NCBI GenBank assembly: GCA_013239625.1
Contig: MU054925.1
Coordinates: 34,513,538-34,577,537, forward strand
Length of the DNA stretch: 64,000 nucleotides
Origin: Lama guanicoe
Taxonomy: Eukaryota
Direction of reading: 5' to 3'
A model generated the notes under the pieces. That model ran no database searches. It worked only from the letters and a program-made list of their open reading frames with translations, and was not told the DNA's origin. A program made the position numbers and the translations under genes. This document shows, piece after piece, positions 36,965 to 48,500 of this stretch. Positions within the stretch are counted from its first letter, which is position 1. Each line of letters starts with the position of its first letter.

Positions 36965-38080
36965 TTTCAAAAAAATTTATCGTTGATTCATAATATTGTT
37001 AGTTTCAGGTGTACAACTTCAGATTCTTTTCCATTACAGACTATTACAAGTTATTGAGTACAGTTCTCTGTACCGTACAGTAAATCCTTGTTTATCTATT
37101 TTATATATAGTGGTGTCTATTAACCCCATACTCCTAATTTATCCCTCCCCTTTCCCTCTGGTAAGCGTTAAGTTTGTTTTCCCTGTCTGTGAGCCTGTTT
37201 GTTTTCTAAATAAGTTGACTTGTATTTTTTAGATTCTACACGGAGTCATATCATACTTACCTGTGCCTAACCTACTATCTTTAGTTTTTAAAGAAATCTC
37301 CATACTTGTTTTCCACAGTGGATACACCAAATCACATTCCCACCAACAGTGTAGGAGAGCTCCCTTTTCTCCACACCCTCTCCAGGATCGTTGCTTGTAG
37401 ACTTACTGAGGATGGCCATTCTGACCAGTGTGAGGTGATACCTCACTGCGGTTCTGACTCGCATTTCTCTAATGCATGCAAGTCAAAACTGCAATGAGCA
37501 TCTTTTCACGTGTCTATTGGCCATCCGGATGTCTCTGGAGAAATGTCTGTTTCTGCCCGTGTTTTGACTGGGTTATTTGTTTTTTTATTTAGCCGTATAA
37601 GCTGTCGGTATCTTTTGGAAATTAAGCCCTTGTCATTCACATGGTTTACAACTGTTTTCTCCCAGTCCGTAGGTTGTCTTTTTGCGTTGTTTATAGTCTC
37701 CTTTGCTGTGCAAAAGCTTGTAAGTTTGGTTAGGTCCCGTTTATTTTCTTTCTCTTCCCCGGCCGACCCCAGTTTTTATCTCGATGAAGCCCAGGGTGTT
37801 TCTCACACTGGCTGTGCTGCTGGTTCGGCAGCTAAGAAGCCAGTCCCCAACCCAAGATCACACCGATTTACAGTCTAGACCTAACGGTCTTCCCGTAGTA
37901 GCTTCACAGCGATGGCTCTGCATCCAGGCCCTCACCCATTTTGAGCTCCTTTTTGTGTCTGGTGCGAGGCGGAGGTCCAAATCCGTTCTGCTGCATGTGG
38001 ATTCCAGTTGTCCCGGTACTGTCTGGTGAACAGATTTTTTTCCTTCGTCGAATGGTCTGGAGCGGAGTATTTTTGGCTTA
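36965..38080 (-). mobile_element. LINE-1 3' end (ORF2 tail plus 3' UTR), degenerate
   Basis: Classic antisense L1 phrases: ttagtttcaggtgtacaac, cattcccaccaacagtgtagga, ccattctgaccagtgtgaggtgatacctcactg, ttgctgtgcaaaagctt. Confidence 0.85.
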
Positions 38081-38655
38081 AATGCATACACGCACAAAGA
38101 TGTTTCCTGTTTTCTCGGACGTTACTGATGGACCTTGTTCTAAAGTACGTTTAAGAGTAGAGCGCGCCTCCGTCAGCTCAGGGGCCGGCTACCGAGTCTC
38201 CGCCGCTGGCCTCCGGGCGTGGGCTGGGAGCGAGGCAGGGCCGCCGTCCTCACGGGGCCTTCTCCAGGGAGGCGCACAGCCCGGACCACCGCGAAGGGCC
38301 GAGCAGCCGCTGCAGCCACGAGCCGGGGCGCAGACGAGTATGGGGGCGGGGCGGGGCCCCGCGGGAGGGCTGAGCCGGCCGGCCGGCGGAGAACCGGCAG
38401 GGCGGCGGGCGCAGGCGCCTCCCGGGGACCTGCAGGTGGACGCGGTCGGCCCGGGCGCGGACGAGACGCCAGGCGGCGCCGACCGAGGCGGCGGGGGCGG
38501 GGCCGGGCGCGGCGCTGACGTCACGCGGCCCAGCAGGCCCCGCGCGCCGCGCTCCACGCCGGGCTTTGGCGCCGACCCGCGGGCGTCGCGCTCGGCGGGC
38601 GTGCGGCGGGGGCGGTGCTTCCGGCGAGGCGGCGGCTGACGCGCTGCGGCCCAAG

Positions 38656-38836
38656 ATGGACGCGCCGGCGTCGCTCGCCGCTCCGGCCCCGGCCTCGCGC
38701 GGACCCCAGCTGGGTGGCGGCCCCGGCCGGACCCGCAGAGCCCCGGGCCCCGCGCGCCGCCGCCTGCTGCTGTTGCGGGGCCCCGAGGACGGCGCGCAGG
38801 AGCCGCGGCGCGGGGAGGCCCGGGCGGCGGGCCCCG

Positions 38837-38873
<37 letters not shown>

Positions 38874-39551
38874 CTCCTTCGTGGTGCTGCTGGAAGTGGC
38901 GCGCGGCGCGGCCGAGGCCCCCGGGCGGCGGGAGCCCNNNNNNNNNNNNNNNNNNNNNNNNNNNNNNNNNNNNNNNNNNNNNNNNNNNNNNNNNNNNNNN
39001 NNNNNNNNNNNNNCCCCTCGCGGGCCCCGGGGCCGCGGGCGGCCAGGACCTGCTGGTGCGCCTGGAGCGCGGCGTCCTCGCGCTGGCCGCGCCGCCCCGG
39101 GGCCCGGCGCCCGGCCAGGAGGCCGCTAGCCCGGCCGAGGGTCGCCGCGTGCCCGCCGGCCCCGGCTACCGCTGCCCGGAGCCGCAGTGCGCGCTCGCCT
39201 TCGCCAAGAAGCACCAGCTCAAGGTGCACCTGCTGACGCACGGCGGCAGCCAGGGCCGGCGGCCCTTCAAGTGCCCGCTGGACGGCTGCGGCTGGGCCTT
39301 CACCACGTCCTACAAGCTCAAGCGGCACCTGCAGTCGCACGACAAGCTGCGGCCCTTCGGCTGCCCGGTGGGCGGCTGCGGCANNNNNNNNNNNNNNNNN
39401 NNNNNNNNNNNNNNNNNNNNNNNNNNNNNNNNNNNNNNNNNNNNNNNNNNNNNNNNNNNNNNNNNNNNNNNNNNNNNNNNNNNNNNNNNNNNNNNNNNNN
39501 NNNNNNNNNNNNNNNNNNNNNNNNNNNNNNNNNNNNNNNNNGACTTTCCCG
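38656..39551 (+). CDS. ZXDC: ZXDC exon 1 (N-terminus, fingers 1-4 and start of 5; partly N)
   Basis: MDAPASLAAP...RRRLLLLRGPEDG...DSFVVLLEV...QDLLVRLERGVLAL...YRCPEPQCALAFAKKHQLKVHLLTH...FKCPLDGCGWAFTTSYKLKRHLQSH...DFP(G) | gtaacc. Confidence 0.9.
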
Positions 39552-42500
39552 GTAACCGGCGCGGCGGCGGGGGCGGCGGGGGCGGGGTCCTCTGCGTTTC
39601 TCCTCCCCTTTCCCGGGTTTTGGGGAGGCACCGAGCCCTGCACGGAACCCTGCATCGCTGCGAGGTTTGGGCTGCGCGGTAGCTCAGATCGTGCCTTCCC
39701 CAGCTGGAGGGCAGCACCTCCTCAGGTGTTTCCGGTTAATGAAGCTGCCGAGGAGTCTTCCCCGAGACTCGAGTCGCCAGGCAGGTCTTTATTTTCCTGG
39801 GCTCGTGGTTTGCTCCGTCTTGCAGGGACGCAGGGCGGTCCGGCCCCACGGAAGACCTTCAGGCGCTGAGGGGATCATCGCGGGTGTATGGTGCATCTGT
39901 TTTTGTGCCTTTAAAATTTTTATTTCGTTTGGGTGTAAAGTTTTGTCAAGTTCTGAGAATGCCTTCATCTTAGAGATGAAGAGACTGAGGCCCGAGCAGG
40001 GTGGATAAAACCCGGTGGAGGGGGTCCTTCCCGCCGTGGGTGCCTGTGAGCTCTGCCACCAGGATAGGCAGATTGAGCTGCTCCCAGAGGGACAGGGGCC
40101 TCTGGAGGGGAAGATTCCTGCCTGGGAAGGAGGGGCTGGGGGGTTGCGGGAAGGCAGTACTGGCCGGCGCAGCTGCGGGGCGCGGCAGGCAGGGGACCTG
40201 GGCTGTGAGGACAGACAGGTGCGGAGGCCCCCCGCATCCCCTTAGTTAAAAGAAAAGTTCCCGTGTGTGCCTAGCACACGCCCAGCGACTCTCTCGTGTC
40301 ATATACCTGCAACGCTTTCCTAATAACGAATATGTTGTGAAACATGGTCAAATGTAGGGCTTTGGAAAGCGAAACAAGAGTCAGGTGTTTCCAGGTTCTA
40401 GTGTTCTCCTCGCCGGTGCCTGTGGGCTGTCCTGTGCTCCCCTTCTTCCTGGAGAGCATGGCTTTTGGCCATTGGTTCAACACCTTTCTCAGTCCTGCAC
40501 TTGGAATCTGACGGTGACTGACGTCCGGCTCTCCAGTCAGAGGCCCAGAGAGCGTCCTTCTGGGTATAGTGTTGGGAGGGTCAGGGGTGCAGCCTGCTTC
40601 AGGGCCTGAGGTCACCCTGAGGGTTTTCAGGTGAATGATGGGTGGGGTGTCAGAGTGGGAGCAGAAGAGGGACCCAGAGCTGAGTCCTGAGGGCTGACCC
40701 AGTTGGAAGCAGCGGGCTCTGGGTGCGAAAGATGGCAGAAGTGGGGCCAGAGGCTTGACTGTCCTTTGGGGTAGGGTTGTTCTCACTGAAGCAGAGAGAC
40801 TGTGTATGTGAAGACACCAAAGCCAGAAATAGGGAAGGAGGGGTAGATTTATGCCAGAGAGGGGGGCTGGGGGCATTTGGGAAGACAGGCACTTCCCAGT
40901 GAGGTGATGCTAGGAGGGCGGGGCTTCTGGGCCGGTGCTTCTGCGCAGGGCCGCGCAGTATGCCTCTGCTCGGTGTGGACGCGCACCAGGCGCGCGATGA
41001 AGGCAGCAGAGACCCCTGCTGAGCACCTTGCAGCCCCGTACACTCTGCCCTGTTTGGGAACTAGTGACCTGCGAAGTTTGGGGGCTCAGCCCAGTAGACG
41101 ATGCAAGTGCCGGTAAGGCCATGGGAGTGGGGTGACCCCGTGGCTTTGCCAGAGCAGGAGCCCTGAGGAGGCAGGCAGAGGGAAGAGGAGAGAGGCTGGG
41201 TGCCGCGTGGGGAGGGTGTCGGGGAGGACGTTCCTAACGGCAGAGGTGCAGCACCTCTTCCGCGGGTGAGTCTCACTGCGTGGTGCTCTGCGGCCCTCCC
41301 AGGCCAGCTTGCTTCCTTGGTGCCTGATTTCTCTCCTTGGTTTTCTTGGTCTCCCATGGGGCAGCTTTGGCAGTTGAGTTCTCAGTGGAGGTGGGGTCTG
41401 TGCACAGACTGGGGACAGATGGCTGTGCCTGGAGGACTTTGGATCAGATGCCTCCTCTGTGAGTCACGTCAGGACAGGTGGCCTGGGTGCACCCAGTGCT
41501 TGTCCCCAGCCACCTCGACGTGAGCCGTCCCGCCACAGACTCCAGTGTCACAACTGCCTGGAGTGCTCCAGAGTCACCTTCTTCCTCGTCTGCTTGGGTG
41601 GGAGCAGCCGCCCGGGTGGTGACTGTTTAGCTGTGATGTGATTTCTGTCCCGACGGTGAGCAGGTCTGTGTCTCCTGTTCAGGCTGCGAGAAGACCTTCA
41701 TCACTGTGAGCGCGCTCTTCTCCCACAACCGGGCCCACTTCCGGGAGCAGGAGCTCTTTTCCTGCTCCTTCCCTGGGTGTAGCAAGCAGTACGACAAAGC
41801 CTGTCGCCTGAAAATACACCTGCGGAGCCACACAGGTGAGAGTGGGCGATGGGGGCCGGACCCCCACCCGCCGACAGCCCCCATCTGTACTCACGTGCTG
41901 GCGTGTCTTCCCTTCTCAGGAGAAAGGCCTTTTGTCTGTGACTCTGACAGCTGCGGCTGGACCTTCACCAGCATGTCCAAACTCCTGAGGCACAAAAGGT
42001 GATCTTGACGTTTTGGTTGAGTTCTGAGACTCGAAAGTGACTGAATTGTTTGTCAGTAAGAGGAGCCCGTGGATACGATAATCTGTGGTCTTTGTTAAGT
42101 TACAAAAAATGAAGCCCCGCGTGGATGATGTTGATAATTCAGAAAGCTTATAAGAAGGAAACCTCTCAGAATCTGATCACCTGAAGTCAGTTTTTTCTGT
42201 GTATACTCTGCTAAGTTTGATGCGTACACTTAATACACAACTTGATATTGTAAAAAATTAACATCACAGAACAAGCCTTCCTTGTGTCTTTACAAACCTC
42301 CCGTGGCGGTGGCGGTGGCGACGCCCTTGGTGGGCTGGGCCTGTGCAGTGACGTTCAGCATGTGGCCCATGGCCCGTGGCCCTCGTTCAGGCTCCACAGC
42401 AGCTCTGACAGCTCCCGTTCTGCTCAGGGACCTGGAGAGGCTGGCCGTTCATCCCTGCTCACACGCCGGGGCTCGCAGCGCTCAACATAAAAGCACCACC

Positions 42501-45500
42501 CGGAGGGAACCCCCGCTTCCGCGTGGGCTGAGGGCGCCTACGGCACTGTGGTCTCACCGTCCTCCGTGGTGCGGAGCGCTTGTTTAGTTTAGGGGCTTCT
42601 GAACAGTGGGAGTGGCTTCATCAGCCCCTTGGGAGCCACTGTCCCTGGACTGACGCAGCACAGTGGCTCCATGTCTGACCATAGGGTTGGCCTCGTCATT
42701 ACAGTGGAATTTCTGATTACAGGGCAGTGGATCTGCCCGTGTGGGCTGGAGAGAAAATTATGACTTTTTTGAAGTGTGTTTTTTTTTTTTTTTAATTAAA
42801 CTCAAAGACTTTGTAGTTTGGTCTGTCCTGCAGACCTTTAGACGGGTAGTGGGCCCCAAAGCCTGGTGTCCCTGGCTGCGAGTGCTCACCGCTGCCTTTC
42901 TGTCCGGGCAGGAAGCATGAGGATGACCGGAGGTTCACCTGCCCTGTCGAGGGCTGTGGGAAGTCGTTCACGCGGGCGGAGCACCTTAAGGGCCACAGCG
43001 TCACGCACCTGGGCACCAAGCCCTTCGTCTGCCCCGTGGAAGGTAGGCGGCACCTGCCACCCAGCGCTGTGGGCTGGCACTGTGTGCCCTTGCTCTGTGC
43101 GGGTATAAGTCCTTCACAGCGGGGCATGGGAGCTGCGGCATCGTGCTGACTTGAGCGGGGTTAGCAGACTGCTCTCCCTTCGTGAGCAAACTTCACAGCC
43201 AGGCCCGCTTGACTCTTGGCCCCATGGAGCTCTCACTAAACCGGCCACAGCTCTGCTGAGCTGCCTGTTTGATTTGGTGGCTGTGATGTGAGAGTTCAGC
43301 GGTTGTGATGTGACGTGTGAAAAGTGCCTGTTTGGAGTCTGGCACGGGTTGTGGACTCGGTGAGCGCAGCTCCTTGTGCGGGGCCTGGGCAGCAGCAGAG
43401 CCGGGCTGGTTATGCTCTCAGAGCCTGAAAGCTCGATGCACTCCCTGGTGCCTCGGGGGCTGTCCGTGCTGGCTGCCAGTGTTGCGGATGGACTGGGCCT
43501 GTGGGCCGGTCAGCCTGTGCTGGTGGAGTTGAATCCTGACCCCACGCTCCTGAAGTTGGTGACCTCAAGTAAGCTTCTCTGTGCCTGAGGTTCCTTTTCT
43601 GGAGAAGGGGATAGTAAAGACCTAGTAGTAGCCATCCGGTTCCTAGAGTGCAGGAGACGTGTGGCAGGTGTTCTCACCCAGACTGGGTTCTGCGTCCATC
43701 AGGGCTCCAGTTGGGGTGTGACAGGTAGGCAACTGACACGCAGGGGCTTGGTGCACAGAGGAGGTCACCTGAACAGTTCTTGGGCCTCGGGGCGTGAGTA
43801 AGAGATGGCTAGGGGTAGAGGCAGGAGGGCCGGTGTGGGTGAGTCTCCCAGAGCCGCAGGGCAGCCAGCTGAGTGCTCCAGGCAGAGGTGATGGACCACG
43901 CTGGAGTTCAGGCGCCCGCCGGTGTCCTGGGCAGATGGGCTTTGGTGGTGGGAAGGGGAGACGGTGTAGACGAGGCAGTCGGGAGTTGGACAGTGCTCAG
44001 TGGCGGGTGGGGACGCAGGAGTTGGGTGTGACTTGGAGGTTCGTCCCCACGGGCTTTCTATGTGCGGATGTTCAGGACACGGGGATGTCCTGTGGGGCTC
44101 TGGGCGAGCGGGGAGTGAGGCACACCTCATGGAGCCCTGGCAGCGGACACGGGTCTGGAGGAGCAGTGCATGCCATATGCCCGCACGGCGGGGCCCGGCA
44201 GTGGAGCGTGTTGCCGGACTCCAGTCTAGGTCTGCGCGACAGCTCTGTGACCCGGACAAGCTCACCTGTGAAGTGAGGGCCTGGTTGGTGGGCAAGTTTA
44301 ATTAGGGTGTGAGAATACATCAGTAAGTTTCACCCATTGCTGCTGTGATACTGCTTCTCGATACAAACCGAAGGCCTGGCTGCAGGGCTTGCCATGAACT
44401 CTGGGAGGAAGGTGGAGGGAGCTCTGGGAGGGCCTGAGGAGGGCCCGAGGCACAGGTGGGCCCTGGGGCTGAGGTAGGACGATGTTTGGGGAAGGAGGCA
44501 GGTGGGCCGGCGTGAGGAGCTGAGGGCAGTGGTTGGCGAGGACCCTGGAGAGCCCAGGTGAGGCGGGGACGGCTGTGCCCACCCAGCTCTAGAGGTAGTG
44601 GAGGGAGAGGGGCAGGACTGGAGCTGGCTGCAGGGGTTTCCTCCTGGGAGCTGCACCCTCGCGAGCTCTGAGCCCCTCTGACGTAGGGGGTAAGCAGGGA
44701 GTGGCAGAGGGTGGTCAGCATGGTTGATCAGAGGCGCTCTTTTCAAGGGAGTGGAGGCGGAGGGGCCCCAGAACCCTTTCTCAGACTTGCTGACAGCTGA
44801 CAGTTCTTGAGTCTGGAGGAATCTATGGCTTTCTCTGATTTTGTAGACGTTTGAAACGTTCTGTATTAAAAAGTTAAAAAACTGCCACCGGCCACTTTCC
44901 ACAGGAGGAGGAGAGGACGGTGAGCTCAGCAGTGAAGGTGTGGGGAGGGGCAGCGTGTGTGTGGCGGGGCCTCGCGAGTCTCCAGTCTGCCAGTCTGCCT
45001 GTGTGCGTGGTGGGTGTGACTGGAGTGGACCCTCGGGGGGTTGGGGTTTGGAGGGAAGATTGTCTTTGATGAGTTGTTTCTACCCACCCCCCTGGGTGGC
45101 GGTAACTTGGTGTGAATGTGGGAGACTGTGTGTCTTTGATTTGCAAAGAACTGGCGTGAATCTCAGTAGACTGTGTTGCAGTTAGGGAAAGGCAGGCACT
45201 GACACACGTGGAAAGTGACCACACTCCGGCCGCAGAGGGAAAGGCGGATTAGAATGAGAGGTGTTTGACCGCTGTTGCGTTAGCAGGTATCTCTACAGAG
45301 GGAAACTCTGCTGGCAGGAGTGTGGTGGGCGTCCCTGCGCTGGGGAGGGCGGTGTGACAGGAAGTGTGCCCTGAGTCCGCGCTGGGAGCGCGTGAGGGAC
45401 CGCATGATGCCCGCGCCCCTGCACCACGTGGAGCCCGCCGGCCTGGGCACGGACCCCGGGGTGCGGCCGGGGCCTCTGCTGTCTCTCTGTTGTTTCCCAC

Positions 45501-48500
45501 ACGGCTGTCTAGAGCCTGACCTGGAAACAAGTTTGAAGCTTTGTTTGAAAATGAAGTTCAGAACTCCTCTCAGAGGCAGCCAGCCTGTCCTCACATGGCC
45601 CTGGGCCCCGGCGACCCCTCGCCTCCCGAGACGGGCCTGCCGTGACTAGCTTGGAGCTTTAGTCCCCGCCTGACGGAAAGGCTGGAGACCTGGAAGGGAG
45701 GGGAGGCTGCACCACGGAGGCCTGGGACAGAGTTGGGCTCCAGCGCCCACAGTCTCTTTGTGGTCCCCGTGCCCTCACATGGCACCCCCTCAGCCGGACA
45801 CCTTCCTGGCTGTGGGGCCACCCCTTGTCACCTCAGATGTGCCATCTCCTGAGACCTCCCCCTCGGGGGTGCTGTCCTCTGCTTCTGGGACACTTGTCGG
45901 CCAGACCCCTGGCCTCATCCCCCTTCCTTAGGCGGCTGGTGGCTTACGTGTCCCCACCAGGTCACACGCTCATGGCTGTGTCCCTGCAGGGGAGCCCCAG
46001 TGGTGGGAAATCGGGGTGCAGAGGAGGGTGCCGTCCCTTGCTGTGCCTGGTGTCCTTCTGGCAGTGTGTGTACCTGCTCTGACTGGTCACGCTGGCTCCG
46101 GCCTCTTCTCTGGGTGCCAGTCCCTATGGGCATCAGTCTCTCGGTGGTGAAATGAGAGGACATGGCTTTCCTGGTCTGTGGAGATGGTCCCCAAGCCCAG
46201 AGGACAGAGCATCAGGGTTTTCTTTGGGTGGGCCCGGTGGGGAGGATCAGGGTGGCACAGCGGGGGAAGGGCACGTTGGCAGCCGCTCTGGTGGCGCAGG
46301 AACAGGCCGAGTTAACTCGTCCAGGGCTGCATCTTGCCCGTGGCTGATGCTGGACCTCACGTCTGCATTTAAAAACAGGGTTTGCTTTTGAGTGCAGTTC
46401 CCGGGGATGTTGCCTGGGGCATTTGCCAGAGGCCAGAGCAGGACGTGCCTGTCTGGGTCCCGACAGGACGGACGTGTGACCCATTTCTGGGCCTCTGTCC
46501 AACGCGTGTGCCTCTCTCTTGCCCAGGGTGCTGCGCCAGGTTCTCCGCACGGAGCAGTCTCTACATTCATTCCAAGAAGCACCTGCAGGACGTGGCTGCC
46601 CCGAAAAGCCGGTGTCCCGTCTCCAGCTGTGACCGGCTCTTCACCTCCAAGCACAGCATGAAGGCGCACATGGTCAGACAGCACCGCCGGCCCCCAGGTC
46701 GGCTCCGTTCACCCCTCTGAGGGCGGGACACGTGAGACCAGATGCGGGTCCTTCCTTGGCTCCGCTCAGAGGTCATCTGGCACGTGGTTAGGTGGCTCCT
46801 GTCCGGTGCCCTCTCCCAGGCCGGGCGCCACAGCTGCCGTGCCTCCTGGCCTCTCCTGCCTCTGACCCGTAACCACTCCCTTGTCTCTGAAGTGCTGCCC
46901 TTGAAGGCTGTCTGTCTTCTGCATAGTTGGCCTCTCTGGCCTTGTCTCCTCATCCTCCGCCCATGCGACCTGTCCTGAGTTCCGAGTCTTAGTCCCACTG
47001 CCTACTCCTGTCCATCCTGTGGCCCAGGGAAGTCCTCGAACTTGAAGACAGAACAGACCGTGTCGGGAGGGCAGAGAGGGGACCAGAATCTCGTGGTCGC
47101 CCAGGGGGATGACTCTGGGCACGTGGAGCCTGGCCGTCCCGCTCCCTGGCGGCCTGGGACTTAGAACCCTGCCTGTCCAGGCCAAGTGCACGTCCCCTGA
47201 CAGGGCTTGGGGAGTCGGGGGGCCCCGTGGCTGCCTCTGCCCTAGAGCCCTTCCCAGCCCTGCTCCCTGGGGCCCGAGAGACTTGCTGCACCTGGCGGGG
47301 CCTGGTTGTGTGACAGGCGCTGGTCTGCGAGCCACGTGTCGCAGGCCTTTGGACGTGGTGTGACGTGGCCGTGTGTCGGTAGGTGACAGGCTGTCACAGT
47401 CTCACCTCGTGAGAAGTGGGTGCTGGCGGGTGTCCGTATCCTGGGCTGACTGCCAGGCCCGGGGCTGGTGTCAGGGCGCCGCTGACGTGGTCCTGGGTGG
47501 GTCTTGCCGCCCTCACCGGCTGGCTGAGGAGGGAGGAGCATGTGCCTGAGGTCGCACTGGCGGGAGGTGCTGCAGCCAGGCCGCTCTGCGGTCGTGTCTC
47601 TGTCGTGGTCTTTGAGTGTCTGGTCTTCACATGTAGCAGGTCTCAGTGAATGTTTGTGGGGTTAGGAAAATGCTTAATCAGAAACTCTTTGCATGAGATT
47701 ATTTTTATAGTTTCACAGGGAGCTGAATCCTTGAGATTTAGTCAAGGGAATCTTTGGAAGGTCTTGAAAAAGACACAGTTTTCCATTTTTAATTTCTCCA
47801 GAGAATTAGTGCTGTTTCTTTTAAAACGTCTCGTTGGTGCTGGAAGCTCCAAAGCAGTAGCCGCTGGGCCGGTTTCTGAACTTGGGAGCAGCGCGCCCAC
47901 TGAGGGTGCGGTCTGGTGTTGGTTGGTATGCTTTCATGGTGGGGGTGGTGCGCAGAGTGGATTTCTGTGGTGGGTTTGCGTTGGAAACGTCGCAGGTCCG
48001 TGCCGGAAGTGCGGGTTTGGGAGACGCTGCCGGAGGGTGTGGGCGGTCGTGCCGGAGGGATGGCGAAGGGCCTCGCTGGGCTCCGCTGCGCGAGTTCTTT
48101 GTGCCTCTGCCCCTGTTTGCCCGGGGCCTGGGGAGCCCTGGGCTCGGGCTGACCGGGTGGGCTTGTGCGCAGCTCCCAAGGTGAGCGTTCACTGGCACTT
48201 TTTAAAAGTGTGTTAGTGTTCATCATTTCCCCAAGGGTACTCTGATTGTTTAAATTAATTGAATAACAGATATCGGAAGGGTGTTAGGACGCACGGTGAA
48301 GACTGAATGAAGAGGGATGCTGCTAGACTTAACTTCTACTCAAGCTACTAAGTGCTGCCTCAGGCCAGGCCCGTGCCCGCTGCTCAGGGAGCATGAGATT
48401 TGGGCAGCAGAGTGGCTGGGGCCGTCGGGGGCCCTGTGGGGCCAGCCCGCAGTCAGACGAGGCAGGCCCCTTCCCCACTGGCCCCCGCAGGTGGCTGAGG

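Larger units (their letters stand above)
38160..39700. promoter_or_regulatory. CpG island / ZXDC promoter with GC boxes, a CRE and an ETS motif
   Basis: Extreme GC/CpG density. GGGGCGGGG boxes near 38343 and 38494, a perfect CRE palindrome TGACGTCA at 38516-38523, CTTCCGG near 38618, and no TATA box. Confidence 0.85.

Noticed and set aside
36996-37878. Hydrophobic ORFs (78, 63 and 122 aa) resembling membrane proteins
   Set aside because: T-rich antisense strand of a decayed LINE-1; the same applies to 27079-27354.
38189-39655. 488-aa minus-strand ORF
   Set aside because: Antisense shadow of the GC-rich ZXDC exon 1 and CpG island; it runs through N gaps and is low-complexity Ala/Arg/Pro/Gly.
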